A DNA stretch of 64,000 nt from positions 247,070,001 through 247,134,000 of the forward strand of contig OZ024741.1 of the NCBI GenBank assembly GCA_964016885.1. The letters run 5' to 3'. Made by a program: the position numbers and the translations under genes. Positions within the stretch are counted from its first letter, which is position 1. Each line of letters opens with the position of its first letter. Shown here one piece after another: positions 26,401 to 39,700 of this stretch. The stretch is from Eledone cirrhosa. Its lineage: Eukaryota. The notes beneath the pieces were generated by a model. The model made no database searches. It was not told the DNA's origin and saw nothing but the letters and a program-made list of their open reading frames with translations.

Positions 26401-29400
26401 CCCCTGATTTTTTTTTACGAATTATCTCCCCCTGATTTTTTTTTTACAAATTATCTCCCCCTGATTTTTTTCAATGTTATCTCTCCTTGGCTGGCGGGAA
26501 ATTATCTCCCCTTGGACGGCTGGAAATTATCTCCCCTTGGAAGGATGGAAATTATCTCCCCTTGGACGGCTGAAAATTATCTACCCCTGATTTTTTTTAC
26601 AAATTATCTCCCCCTGATTTTTTTACAAATTATCTCCGCCTGATTTTTTTAAATGTTATCTCTCCTTGGCTGGCGGGAAATTATCTCCCCTTGGACGGCT
26701 GGAAATTATCTCCCCTTGGAAGGATGGAAATTATCTCCCCTTGGACGGCTGAAAATTATCTACCCCTGATTTTTTTTACAAATTATCTCCCCCTGATTTT
26801 TTTTACAAATTATCTCCCCCTGATTTTTTTTACAAATTATCTACCCCTGATTTTTTTTACAAATTATCTCCCCCTGATTTTTTTTACAAATTATCTCCCC
26901 CTGATTTTTTTTTACAAATTATCTCCCCCTGATTTTTTTTTACAAATTATCTCCCCCTGATTTTTTTACAAATTATCTCCCCCTGATTTTTTTTACAATC
27001 TCCGCCTGATTTTTAAAAAAATTATCTTCCCTTGGCTGGCGGGAAATTATCTCCCCTTGGACGGCTGGAAATTATCTCCCCTTGGAAGGATGGAAATTAT
27101 CTCCCCTTGGACGGCTGGAAATTATCTCCCCTTGCACGGCTGGAAATTATAGCCCCTTGGAGGGCTGGAAATTATCTCCCCTTGATATTTTTTACAAATT
27201 ATCTCCCCCTGATTTTTTTTTCAAATTATCTCCCCCTGATTTTTTTTACAAATTATCTCCCCCCTGATTTTTTTACAAATTATCTCCCCTTGGCTGGCTG
27301 GAAATTATCTCCCCTTGGAGGCTGGAACTTATCTCCCCTTGGACGGCTAGAAATTACCTCTCCTTGGACGGCTGGAAAATATGTCTCCTTGGACGGCTGG
27401 ATATTATCTCCCCTTGGACGGCTGAAAATTATCTCCCCTTGGACGGCTGGAAATTATCTCCCCTTGGATGGCTAAATATTACCTCCCCTTGGACGGCTGG
27501 AAATTATCTCCCCCTGATTTTTTTTACAAATTATCTCCCCCTGATTTTTTTTTACAAATTATCTCCCCCTGATTTTTGTTTACAAATTATCTCCGCCTGA
27601 TTTTTTAAAAAAAATTATCTCCCCTTGGACGGCTGGAAATTATCTCCCCTTGGACGGCTAGAAATTACCTCCTTGGACGGCTGAAAATTATCTCCCCTTG
27701 GACGGCTGGAAATTATCTCCCCTTGATTTTTTTACAAATTATCTCCCCCTGATTTTTTTTTTACAAATTATCTCCCCCTGATTTTTTTTTACAAATTATC
27801 TACCTCTGATTTTTTTTTACAAATTATCTCCCCCTGATTTTTTTTACAAATTATCTCCCCTGATTTTTTTTTACAAATTATCTCCCCCTGATTTTTTTAT
27901 AAATTATCTCCCCCTGATTTTTTTTACAAATTATCTCCGCCTGATTTTTTTAAATATTATCTCTCCTTGGCTGGCGGGAAATTATCTCCCCTTGGACGGC
28001 TGGAAATTATCTCCCCTTGGAAGGATGGAAATTATCTCCCCTTGGACGGCTGGAAATTATCTACCCCTGATTTTTTTTACAAATTATCTCCCCCTGATTT
28101 TTTTACAAATTATCTCCCCCTGATTTTTTTTACAAATTATCTCCGCCTGATTTTTTTAAATGTTATCTCTCCTTGGCTGGCGGGAAATTATCTCCCCTTG
28201 GACGGCTGGAAATTATCTCCCCTTGGAAGGATGGAAATTATCTCCGCCTGATTTTTTTAAATGTTATCTCTCCTTGGCTGGCGGGAAATTATCTCCCCTT
28301 GGACGGCTGGAAATTATCTCCCCTTGGAAGGATGGAAATTATCTCCCCTTGGACGGCTGAAAATTATCTACCCCTGATTTTTTTTACAAATTATCTCCCC
28401 CTGATTTTTTTTACAAATTATCTCCCCCTGATTTTTTTTACAAATTATCCACCCCTGATTTTTTTTACAAATTATCTCCCCCTGATTTTTTTTACAAATT
28501 ATCTCCCCCTGATTTTTTTTTACAAATTATCTCCCCCTGATTTTTTTTTTACAAATTATCTCCCCCTGATTTTTTTACAAATTATCTCCCCCTGATTTTT
28601 TTTACAATCTCCGCCTGATTTTTTAAAAAATTATCTTCCCTTGGCTGGCGGGAAATTATCTCCCCTTGGACGGCTGGAAATTATCTCCCCTTGGAAGGAT
28701 GGAAATTATCTCCCCTTGGACGGCTGGAAATTATCTCCCCTTGCACGGCTGGAAATTATAGCCCCTTGGAGGGCTGGAAATTATCTCCCCTTGATATTTT
28801 TTACAAATTATCTCCCCCTGATTTTTTTTTCAAATTATCTCCCCCTGATTTTTTTTACAAATTATCTCCCCCCTGATTTTTTTACAAATTATCTCCCCTT
28901 GGCTGGCTGGAAATTATCTCCCCTTGGAGGCTGGAACTTATCTCCCCTTGGACGGCTAGAAATTACCTCTCCTTGGACGGCTGGAAAATATGTCTCCTTG
29001 GACGGCTGGATATTATCTCCCCTTGGACGGCTGGAAATTATCTCCCCTTGGACGGCTGGAAATTATCTCCCCTTGGATGGCTAGATATTACCTCTCCTTG
29101 GACGGCTGAAAATTATCTCCCCTTGGACGGCTGGAAATTATCTCCCCTTGATTTTTTTACAAATTATCTCCCCCTGATTTTTTTTTACAAATTATCTCCC
29201 CCTGATTTTTTTTTACAAATTATCTACCCCTGATTTTTTTTTACAAATTATCTCCCCCTGATTTTTTTTACAAATTATCTCCCCCTGATTTTTTTTTACA
29301 AATTATCTCCCCCTGATTTTTTTACAAATTATCTCCCCCTGATTTTTTTAAATATTATCTCTCCTTGGCTGGCGGGAAATTATCTCCCCTTGGACGGCTG

Positions 29401-30739
29401 GAAATTATCTCCCCTTGGAAGGATGGAAATTATCTCCCCTTGGACGGCTGGAAATTATCTACCCCTGATTTTTTTTATAAATTATCTCCCCCTGATTTTT
29501 TTACAAATTATCTCCCCCTGATTTTTTTACAAATTATCTCCGCCTGATTTTTTTAAATGTTATCTCTCCTTGGCTGGCGGGAAATTATCTCCCCTTGGAC
29601 GGCTGGAAATTATCTCCCCTTGGAAGGATGGAAATTATCTCCCCTTGGAGGGCTGAAAATTATCTACCCCTGATTTTTTTTACAAATTATCTCCCCCTGA
29701 TTTTTTTTACAAATTATCTCCCCCTGATTTTTTTTACAAATTATCTACCCCTGATTTTTTTTACAAATTATCTCCCCCTGATTTTTTTTACAAATTATCT
29801 CCCCCTGATTTTTTTTTTACAAATTATCTCCCCCTGATTTTTTTACAAATTATCTCCCCCTGATTTTTTTTTTACAAATTATCTCCCCCTGATTTTTTTA
29901 CAAATTATCTCCCCTTGGCTGGCTGGAAATTATCTCCCCTTGGAGGCAGGAACTTATCTCCCCTTGGACGGCTAGAAATTACCTCTCCTTGGACGGCTGG
30001 AAAATATGTCTCCTTGGACGGCTGGATATTATCTCCCCTTCGACGGCTGGAAATTATCTCCCCTTGGACGGCTGGAAATTATCTCCCCTTGGATGGCTAG
30101 ATATTACCTCCCCTTGGACGGCTGGAAATTATCTCCCCTTGATATTTTTTACAAATTATCTCCCCCTGATTTTTTTTTACAAATTATCTCCCCCTGATTT
30201 TTTTTTACAAATTATCTCCCCCTGATTTTTGTTTACAAATTATCTCCGCCTGATTTTTAAAAAAAAATTATCTCCCCTTGGACGGCTGGAAATTATCTCC
30301 CCTTGGACGGCTAGAAATTACCTCTCCTTGGACGGCTGAAAATTATCTCCCCTTGGACGGCTGGAAATTATCTCCCCTTGATTTTTTTACAAATTATCTC
30401 CCCCTGATTTTTTTTTTACAAATTATCTCCCCCTGATTTTTTTTTACAAATTATCTACCCCTGATTTTTTTTACAAATTATCTCCCCCTGATTTTTTTAC
30501 AAATTATCTCCCCCTGATTTTTTTTTACAAATTATCTCCCCCTGATTTTTTTACAAATTATCTCCCCCTGATTTTTTTTACAAATTATCTCCGCCTGATT
30601 TTTTTAAATATTATCTCTCCTTGGCTGGCGGGAAATTATCTCCCCTTGGACGGCTGGAAATTATCTCCCCTTGGAAGGATGGAAATTATCTCCCCTTGGA
30701 CGGCTGGAAATTATCTACCCCTGATTTTTTTTACAAATT

Positions 30740-33700
30740 ATCTCCCCCTGATTTTTTTACAAATTATCTCCCCCTGATTTTTTTTACAAATTATCTCCGC
30801 CTGATTTTTTTAAATGTTATCTCTCCTTGGCTGGCGGGAAATTATCTCCCCTTGGACGGCTGGAAATTATCTCCCCTTGGAAGGATGGAAATTATCTCCC
30901 CTTGGACGGCTGAAAATTATCTCCCCTTGGAGGCTGGAACTTATCTCCCCTTGGACGGCTAGAAATTACCTCTCCTTGGACGGCTGGAAAATATGTCTCC
31001 TTGGACGGCTGGATATTATCTCCCCTTGGACGGCTGGAAATTATCTCCCCTTGGACGGCTGGAAATTATCTCCCCTTGGATGGCTAGATATTACCTCCCC
31101 TTGGACGGCTGGAAATTATCTCCCCTTGATTTTTTTTACAAATTATCTCCCCCTGATTTTTTTTTACAAATTATCTTCCCCTGATTTTTTTTTACAAATT
31201 ATCTCCCCCTGATTTTTGTTTACAAATTATCTCCGCCTGATTTTTTTAAAAAAATTATCTCCCCTTGGACGGCTGGAAATTATCTCCCCTTGGACGGCTA
31301 GAAATTACCTCCTTGGACGGCTGAAAATTATCTCCCCTTGGACGGCTGGAAATTATCTCCCCTTGATTTTTTTACAAATTATCTCCCCCTGATTTTTTTT
31401 TCAAATTATCTCCCCCTGATTTTTTTTACAAATTATCTCCCCCCTGATTTTTTTACAAATTATCTCCCCTTGGCTGGCTGGAAATTATCTCCCCTTGGAG
31501 GCTGGAACTTATCTCCCCTTGGACGGCTAGAAATTACCTCTCCTTGGACGGCTGGAAAATATGTCTCCTTGGACGGCTGGATATTATCTCCCCTTGGACG
31601 GCTGGAAATTATCTCCCCTTGGACGGCTGGAAATTATCTCCCCTTGGATGGCTAGATATTACCTCCCCTTGGACGGCTGGAAATTATCTCCCCTTGATTT
31701 TTTTTACAAATTATCTCCCCCTGATTTTTTTTTACAAATTATCTCCCCCTGATTTTTTTTTAAAAATTATCTCCCCCTGATTTTTGTTTACAAATTATCT
31801 CCGCCTGATTTTTTTTTAAAAATTATCTCCCCTTGGACGGCTGGAAATTATCTCCCCTTGGACGGCTGGAAATTATATCTCCTTGGACGGCTAGAATTTA
31901 CCTCTCCTTGGACGGCTGAAAATTATCTCCCCTTGGACGGCTGGAAATTATCTCCCCTTGATTTTTTTTACAAATTATCTCCCCCTGATTTTTTTTTACA
32001 AATTATCTCCCCCTGATTTTTTTTTACAAATTATCTCCCCCTAATTTTTTTTTACAAATTATCTCCCCCTAATTTTTTTACAAATTATCTCCCCTTGGCT
32101 GGCTGGAAATTATCTCCCCTTGGAGGCTGGAACTTATCTCCCCTTGGACGGCTAGAAATTACGTCTCCTTGGACGGCTGGAAAATATGTCTCCTTGGACG
32201 GCTCGATATTATCTCCCCTTGGACGGCTGGAAATTATCTCCCCTTGGACGGCTGGAAATTATCTCCCCTTGGATGGCTAGATATTACCTCCCCTTGGACG
32301 GCTGGAAATTATCTCCCCTTGATTTTTTTTACAAATTATCTCCCCCTGATTTTTTTTTACAAATTATCTACCCCTGATTTTTTTTTACAAATTATCTCCC
32401 CCTGATTTTTGTTTACAAATTATCTCCGCCTGATTTTTTTAAAAAAATTATCTCCCCTTGGACGGCTGGAAATTATCTCCCCTTGGACGGCTAGAAATTA
32501 CCTCTCCTTGGACGGCTGAAAATTATCTCCCCTTGGACGGCTGGAAATTATCTCCCCTTGATTTTTTTACAAATTATCTCCCCCTGATTTTTTTTTTTAC
32601 AAATTATCTCCCCCTGATTTTTTTTTACAAATTATCTACCCCTGATTTTTTTTTACAAATTATCTCCCCCTGATTTTTTTTACAAATTATCTCCCCCTGA
32701 TTTTTTTTTACAAATTATCTCCCCCTGATTTTTTTACAAATTATCTCCCCCTGATTTTTTTTACAAATTATCTCCGCCTGATTTTTTTAAATATTATCTC
32801 TCCTTCGCTGGCGGGAAATTATCTCCCCTTGGACGGCTGGAAATTATCTCCCCTTGGAAGGATGGAAATTATCTCCTCTTGGACGGCTGGAAATTATCTA
32901 CCCCTGATTTTTTTTACAAATTATCTCCCCCTGATTTTTTTACAAATTATCTCCCCCTGATTTTTTTTACAAATTATCTCCGCCTGATTTTTTTAAATGT
33001 TATCTCTCCTTGGCTGGCGGGAAATTATCTCTCCTTGGACGGCTGGAAATTATCTCCCCTTGGAAGGATGGAAATTATCTCCCCTTGGACGGCTGAAAAT
33101 TATCTACCCCTGATTTTTTTTACAAATTATCTCCCCCTGATTTTTTTTACAAATTATCTCCCCCTGATTTTTTTTACAAATTATCTACCCCTGATTTTTT
33201 TTACAAATTATCTCCCCCTGATTTTTTTTACAAATTATCTCCCCTGATTTTTTTTTTACAAATTATCTCCCCCTGATTTTTTTACAAATTATCTCCCCCT
33301 GATTTTTTTTTTACAAATTATCTCCCCCTGATTTTTTTACAAATTATCTCCCCTTGGCTGGCTGGAAATTATCTCCCCTTGGAGGCTGGAACTTATCTCC
33401 CCTTGGACGGCTAGAAATTACCTCTCCTTGGACGGCTGGAAAATATGTCTCCTTGGACGGCTGGATATTATCTCCCCTTGGACGGCTGGAAATTATCTCC
33501 CCTTGGACGGCTGGAAATTATCTCCCCTTGGATGGCTAGATATTACCTCCCCTTGGACGGCTGGAAATTATCTCCCCTTGATTTTTTTTACAAATTATCT
33601 CCCCCTGATTTTTTTTTACAAATTATCTCCCCCTGATTTTTTTTTACAAATTATCTCCCCCTGATTTTTGTTTACAAATTATCTCCGCCTGATTTTTTTA

Positions 33701-36700
33701 AAAAAATTATCTCCCCTTGGACGGCTGGAAATTATCTCCCCTTGGACGGCTAGAAATTACCTCTCCTTGGACGGCTGAAAATTATCTCCCCTTGGACGGC
33801 TGGAAATTATCTCCCCTTGATTTTTTTACAAATTATCTCCCCCTGATTTTTTTTTTACAAATTATCTCCCCCTGATTTTTTTTTACAAATTATCTACCCT
33901 TGATTTTTTTTACAAATTATCTCCCCCTGATTTTTTTTACAAATTATCTCCCCCTGATTTTTTTTTACAAATTATCTCCCCCTGATTTTTTTACAAATTA
34001 TCTCCCCCTGATTTTTTTTACAAATTATCTCCGCCTGATTTTTTTAAATATTATCTCTCCTTGGCTGGCGGGAAATTATCTCCCCTTGGACGGCTGGAAA
34101 TTATCTCCCCTTGGAAGGATGGAAATTATCTCCCCTTGGACGGCTGGAAATTATCTACCCCTGATTTTTTTTACAAATTATCTCCCCCTGATTTTTTTAC
34201 AAATTATCTCCCCCTGATTTTTTTTACAAATTATCTCCGCCTGATTTTTTTAAATGTTATCTCTCCTTGGCTGGCGGGAAATTATCTCCCCTTGGACGGC
34301 TGGAAATTATCTCCCCTTGGAAGGATGGAAATTATCTCCCCTTGGACGGCTGGAAATTATCTACCCCTGATTTTTTTTACAAATTATCTCCCCCTGATTT
34401 TTTTTACAAATTATCCTCCCCTGATTTTTTTTACAAATTATCTACCCCTGATTTTTTTTACAAATTATCTCCCCCTGATTTTTTTTACAAATTATCTCCC
34501 CCTGATTTTTTTTTTACAAATTATCTCCCCCTGATTTTTTTACAAATTATCTCCCCCTGATTTTTTTTACAAATTATCTCCGCCTGATTTTTTTAAATGT
34601 TATCTCTCCTTGGCTAGCGGGAAATTATCTCCCCTTGGACGGCTGGAAATTATCTCCCCTTGGAAGGATGGAAATTATCTCCCCTTGGACGGCTGGAAAT
34701 TATCTACCCCTGATTTTTTTTACAAATTATCTACCCCTGATTTTTTTTACAAATTATCTCCCCCTGATTTTTTTTTACAAATTATCTACCCCTGATTTTT
34801 TTACAAATTATCTCCCCTTGGCTGGCTGGAAATTATCTCCCCTTGGACGGCTAGAAATTACCTCTCCTTGGACGGCTGAAAATTATCTCCCCTTGGACGG
34901 CTGGAAATTATCTCCCCTTGATTTTTTTACAAATTATCACCCCCTGATTTTTTTTTTACAAATTATCTCCCCCTGATTTTTTTTTACAAATTATCTCCCC
35001 CTGATTTTTGTTTACAAATTATCTCCGCCTGATTTTTTAAAAAAAATTATCTCCCCTTGGACGGCTGGAAATTATCTCCCCTTGGACGGCTAGAAATTAC
35101 CTCCTTGGACGGCTGAAAATTATCTCCCCTTGGACGGCTGGAAATTATCTCCCCTTGATTTTTTTACAAATTATCTCCCCCTGATTTTTTTTTACAAATT
35201 ATCTCCCCCTGATTTTTTTTTACAAATTATCTACCCCTGATTTTTTTTTACAAATTATCTCCCCCTGATTTTTTTTACAAATTATCTCCCCTGATTTTTT
35301 TTTACAAATTATCTCCCCCTGATTTTTTTACAAATTATCTCCCCCTGATTTTTTTTACAAATTATCTCCGCCTGATTTTTTTAAATATTATCTCTCCTTG
35401 GCTGGCGGGAAATTATCTCCCCTTGGAAGGATGGAAATTATCTCCCCTTGGACGGCTGGAAATTATCTACCCCTGATTTTTTTTACAAATTATCTCCCCC
35501 TGATTTTTTTACAAATTATCTCCCCCTGATTTTTTTTACAAATTATCTCCGCCTGATTTTTTTAAATGTTATCTCTCCTTGGCTGGCGGGAAATTATCTC
35601 CCCTTGGACGGCTGGAAATTATCTCCCCTTGGAAGGATGGAAATTATCTCCCCTTGGACGGCTGGAAATTATCTACCCCTGATTTTTTTTACAAATTATC
35701 TCCCCCTGATTTTTTTTACAAATTATCTCCCCCTGATTTTTTTTACAAATTATCTACCCCTGATTTTTTTACAAATTATCTCCCCTTGGCTGGCTGGAAA
35801 TTATCTCCCCTTGGACGGCTAGGAATTACCTGTCCTTGGACGGCTGAAAATTATCTCCCCTTGGACGGCTGGAAATTATCTCCCCTTGATTTTTTTACAA
35901 ATTATCTCCCCCTGATTTTTTTTTTACAAATTATCTCCCCCTGATTTTTTTTTACAAATTATCTACCCCTGATTTTTTTTTACAAATTATCTCCCCTTGA
36001 TTTTTTTTACAAATTATCTCCCCCTGATTTTTTTTTACAAATTATCTCCCCATGATTTTTTTTTACAAATTATCTCCCCCTGATTTTTGTTTACAAATTA
36101 TCTCCGCCTGATTTTTTTAAAAAAATTATCTCCCCTTGGACGGCTGGAAATTATCTCCCCTTGGACGGCTAGAAATTACCTCTCCTTGGACGGCTGAAAA
36201 TTATCTCCCCTTGGACGGCTGGAAATTATCTCCCCTTGATTTTTTTACATATTATCTCCCCCTGATTTTTTTTTTACAAATTATCTCCCCCTGATTTTTT
36301 TTTACAAATTATCTACCCCTGATTTTTTTTTACAAATTATCTCCCCCTGATTTTTTTAAATGTTATCTCTCCTTGGCTGGCGGGAAATTATCTCCCCTTG
36401 GACGGCTGGAAATTATCTCCCCTTGGAAGGATGGAAATTATCTCCCCTTGGACGGCTGAAAATTATCTACCCCTGATTTTTTTTACAAATTATCTCCCCC
36501 TGATTTTTTTACAAATTATCTCCGCCTGATTTTTTTAAATGTTATCTCTCCTTGGCTGGCGGGAAATTATCTCCCCTTGGACGGCTGGAAATTATCTCCC
36601 CTTGGAAGGATGGAAATTATCTCCCCTTGGACGGCTGAAAATTATCTACCCCTGATTTTTTTTACAAATTATCTCCCCCTGATTTTTTTTACAAATTATC

Positions 36701-39700
36701 TCCCCCTGATTTTTTTTTACAAATTATCTCCCCCTGATTTTTTTTTTACAAATTATCTCCCCCTGATTTTTTTACAAATTATCTCCCCCTGATTTTTTTT
36801 ACAATCTCCGCCTGATTTTTTAAAAAATTATCTTCCCTTGGCTGGCGGGAAATTATCTCCCCTTGGACGGCTGGAAATTATCTCCCCTTGGAAGGATGGA
36901 AATTATCTCCCCTTGGACGGCTGGAAATTATCTCCCCTTGCACGGCTGGAAATTATAGCCCCTTGGAGGGCTGGAAATTATCTCCCCTTGATATTTTTTT
37001 ACAAATTATCTCCCCCTGATTTTTTTTTCAAATTATCTCCCCCTGATTTTTTTTACAAATTATCTCCCCCCTGATTTTTTTACAAATTATCTCCCCTTGG
37101 CTGGCTGGAAATTATCTCCCCTTGGAGGCTGGAACTTATCTCCCCTTGGACGGCTAGAAATTACCTCTCCTTGGACGGCTGGAAAATATGTCTCCTTGGA
37201 CGGCTGGATATTATCTCCCCTTGGACGGCTGGAAATTATCTCCCCTTGGACGGCTGGAAATTATCTCCCCTTGGATGGCTAGATATTACCTCCCCTTGGA
37301 CGGCTGGAAATTATCTCCCCTTGATTATTTTTACAAATTATCTCCCCCTGATTTTTTTTTACAAATTATCTCCCCCTGATTTTTTTTTAAAAATTATCTC
37401 CCCCTGATTTTTGTTTACAAATTATCTCCGCCTGATTTTTTTTTAAAAATTATCTCCCCTTGGACGGCTGGAAATTATCTCCCCTTGGACGGCTGGAAAT
37501 TATATCTCCTTGGACGGCTAGAATTTACCTCTCCTTGGACGGCTGAAAATTATCTCCCCTTGGACGGCTGGAAATTATCTCCCCTTGATTTTTTTTTACA
37601 AATTATCTCCCCCTGATTTTTTTTTACAAATTATCTCCCCCTGATTTTTTTAAATATTATCTCTCCTTGGCTGGCGGGAAATTATCTCCCCTTGGACGGC
37701 TGGAAATTATCTCCCCTTGGAAGGATGGAAATTATCTCCCCTTGGACGGCTGGAAATTATCTACCCCTGATTTTTTTACAAATTATCTCCCCCTGATTTT
37801 TTTACAAATTATCTCCGCCTGATTTTTTTAAATGTTATCTCTCCTTGGCTGGCGGGAAATTATCTCCCCTTGGACGGCTGGAAATTATCTCCCCTTGGAA
37901 GGATGGAAATTATCTCCCCTTGGACGGCTGAAAATTATCTACCCCTGATTTTTTTTACAAATTATCTCCCCCTGATTTTTTTTACAAATTATCTCCCCCT
38001 GATTTTTTTTACAAATTATCTACCCCTGATTTTTTCTACAAATTATCTCCCCCTGATTTTTTTTACAAATTATCTCCCCCTGATTTTTTTTTTACAAATT
38101 ATCTCCCCCTGATTTTTTTACAAATTATCTCCCCCTGATTTTTTTTTTACAAATTATCTCCCCCTGATTTTTTTACAAATTATCTCCCCTTGGCTGGCTG
38201 GAAATTTTCTCCCCTTGGAGGCTGGAACTTATATCCCCTTGGACGGCTAGAAATTACCTCTCCTTGGACGGCTGGAAAATATGTCTCCTTGGACGGCTGG
38301 ATATTATCTCCCCTTGGACGGCTGGAAATTATCTCCCCTTGGACGGCTGGAAATTATCTCCCCTTGGATGGCTAGATATTACCTCCCCTTGGACGGCTGG
38401 AAATTATCTCCCCTTGATTTTTTTTACAAATTATCTCCCCCTGATTTTTTTTTACAAATTATCTCCCCCTGATTTTTTTTTACAAATTATCTCCCCCTGA
38501 TTTTTGTTTACAAATTATCTCCGCCTGATTTTTAAAAAAAAATTATCTCCCCTTGGACGGCTGGAAATTATCTCCCCTTGGACGGCTAGAAATTACCTCC
38601 TTGCACGGCTGAAAATTATCTCCCCTTGGACGGCTGGAAATTATCTCCCCTTGATTTTTTTACAAATTATCTCCCCCTGATTTTTTTTTTACAAATTATC
38701 TCCCCCTGATTTTTTTTTACAAATTATCTACCCCTGATTTTTTTTTACAAATTATCTCCCCCTGATTTTTTTTACAAATTATCTCCCCTGATTTTTTTTT
38801 ACAAATTATCTCCCCCTGATTTTTTTACAAATTATCTCCCCCTGATTTTTTTACAAATTATCTCCCCCTGATTTTTTTTACAAATTATCTCCGCCTGATT
38901 TTTTTAAATGTTATCTCTCCTTGGCTGGCGGGAAATTATCTCCCCTTGGACGGCTGGAAATTATCTCCCCTTGGAAGGATGGAAATTATCTCCCCTTGGA
39001 CGGCTGAAAATTATCTCCCCTTGGAGGCTGGAACTTATCTCCCCTTGGACGGCTAGAAATTACCTCTCCTTGGACGGCTGGAAAATATGTCTCCTTGGAC
39101 GGCTGGATATTATCTCCCCTTGGACGGCTGGAAATTATCTCCCCTTGGACGGCTGGAAATTATCTCCCCTTGGATGGCTAGATATTACCTCCCCTTGGAC
39201 GGCTGGAAATTATCTCCCCTTGATTTTTTTTACAAATTATCTCCCCCTGATTTTTTTTTACAAATTATCTTCCCCTGATTTTTTTTTACAAATTATCTCC
39301 CCCTGATTTTTGTTTACAAATTATCTCCGCCTGATTTTTTTAAAAAAATTATCTCCCCTTGGACGGCTGGAAATTATCTCCCCTTGGACGGCTAGAAATT
39401 ACCTCCTTGGACGGCTGAAAATTATCTCCCCTTGGACGGCTGGAAATTATCTCCCCTTGATTTTTTTACAAATTATCTCCCCCTGATTTTTTTTTCAAAT
39501 TATCTCCCCCTGATTTTTTTTACAAATTATCTCCCCCCTGATTTTTTTACAAATTATCTCCCCTTGGCTGGCTGGAAATTATCTCCCCTTGGAGGCTGGA
39601 ACTTATCTCCCCTTGGACGGCTAGAAATTACCTCTCCTTGGACGGCTGGAAAATATGTCTCCTTGGACGGCTGGATATTATCTCCCCTTGGACGGCTGGA

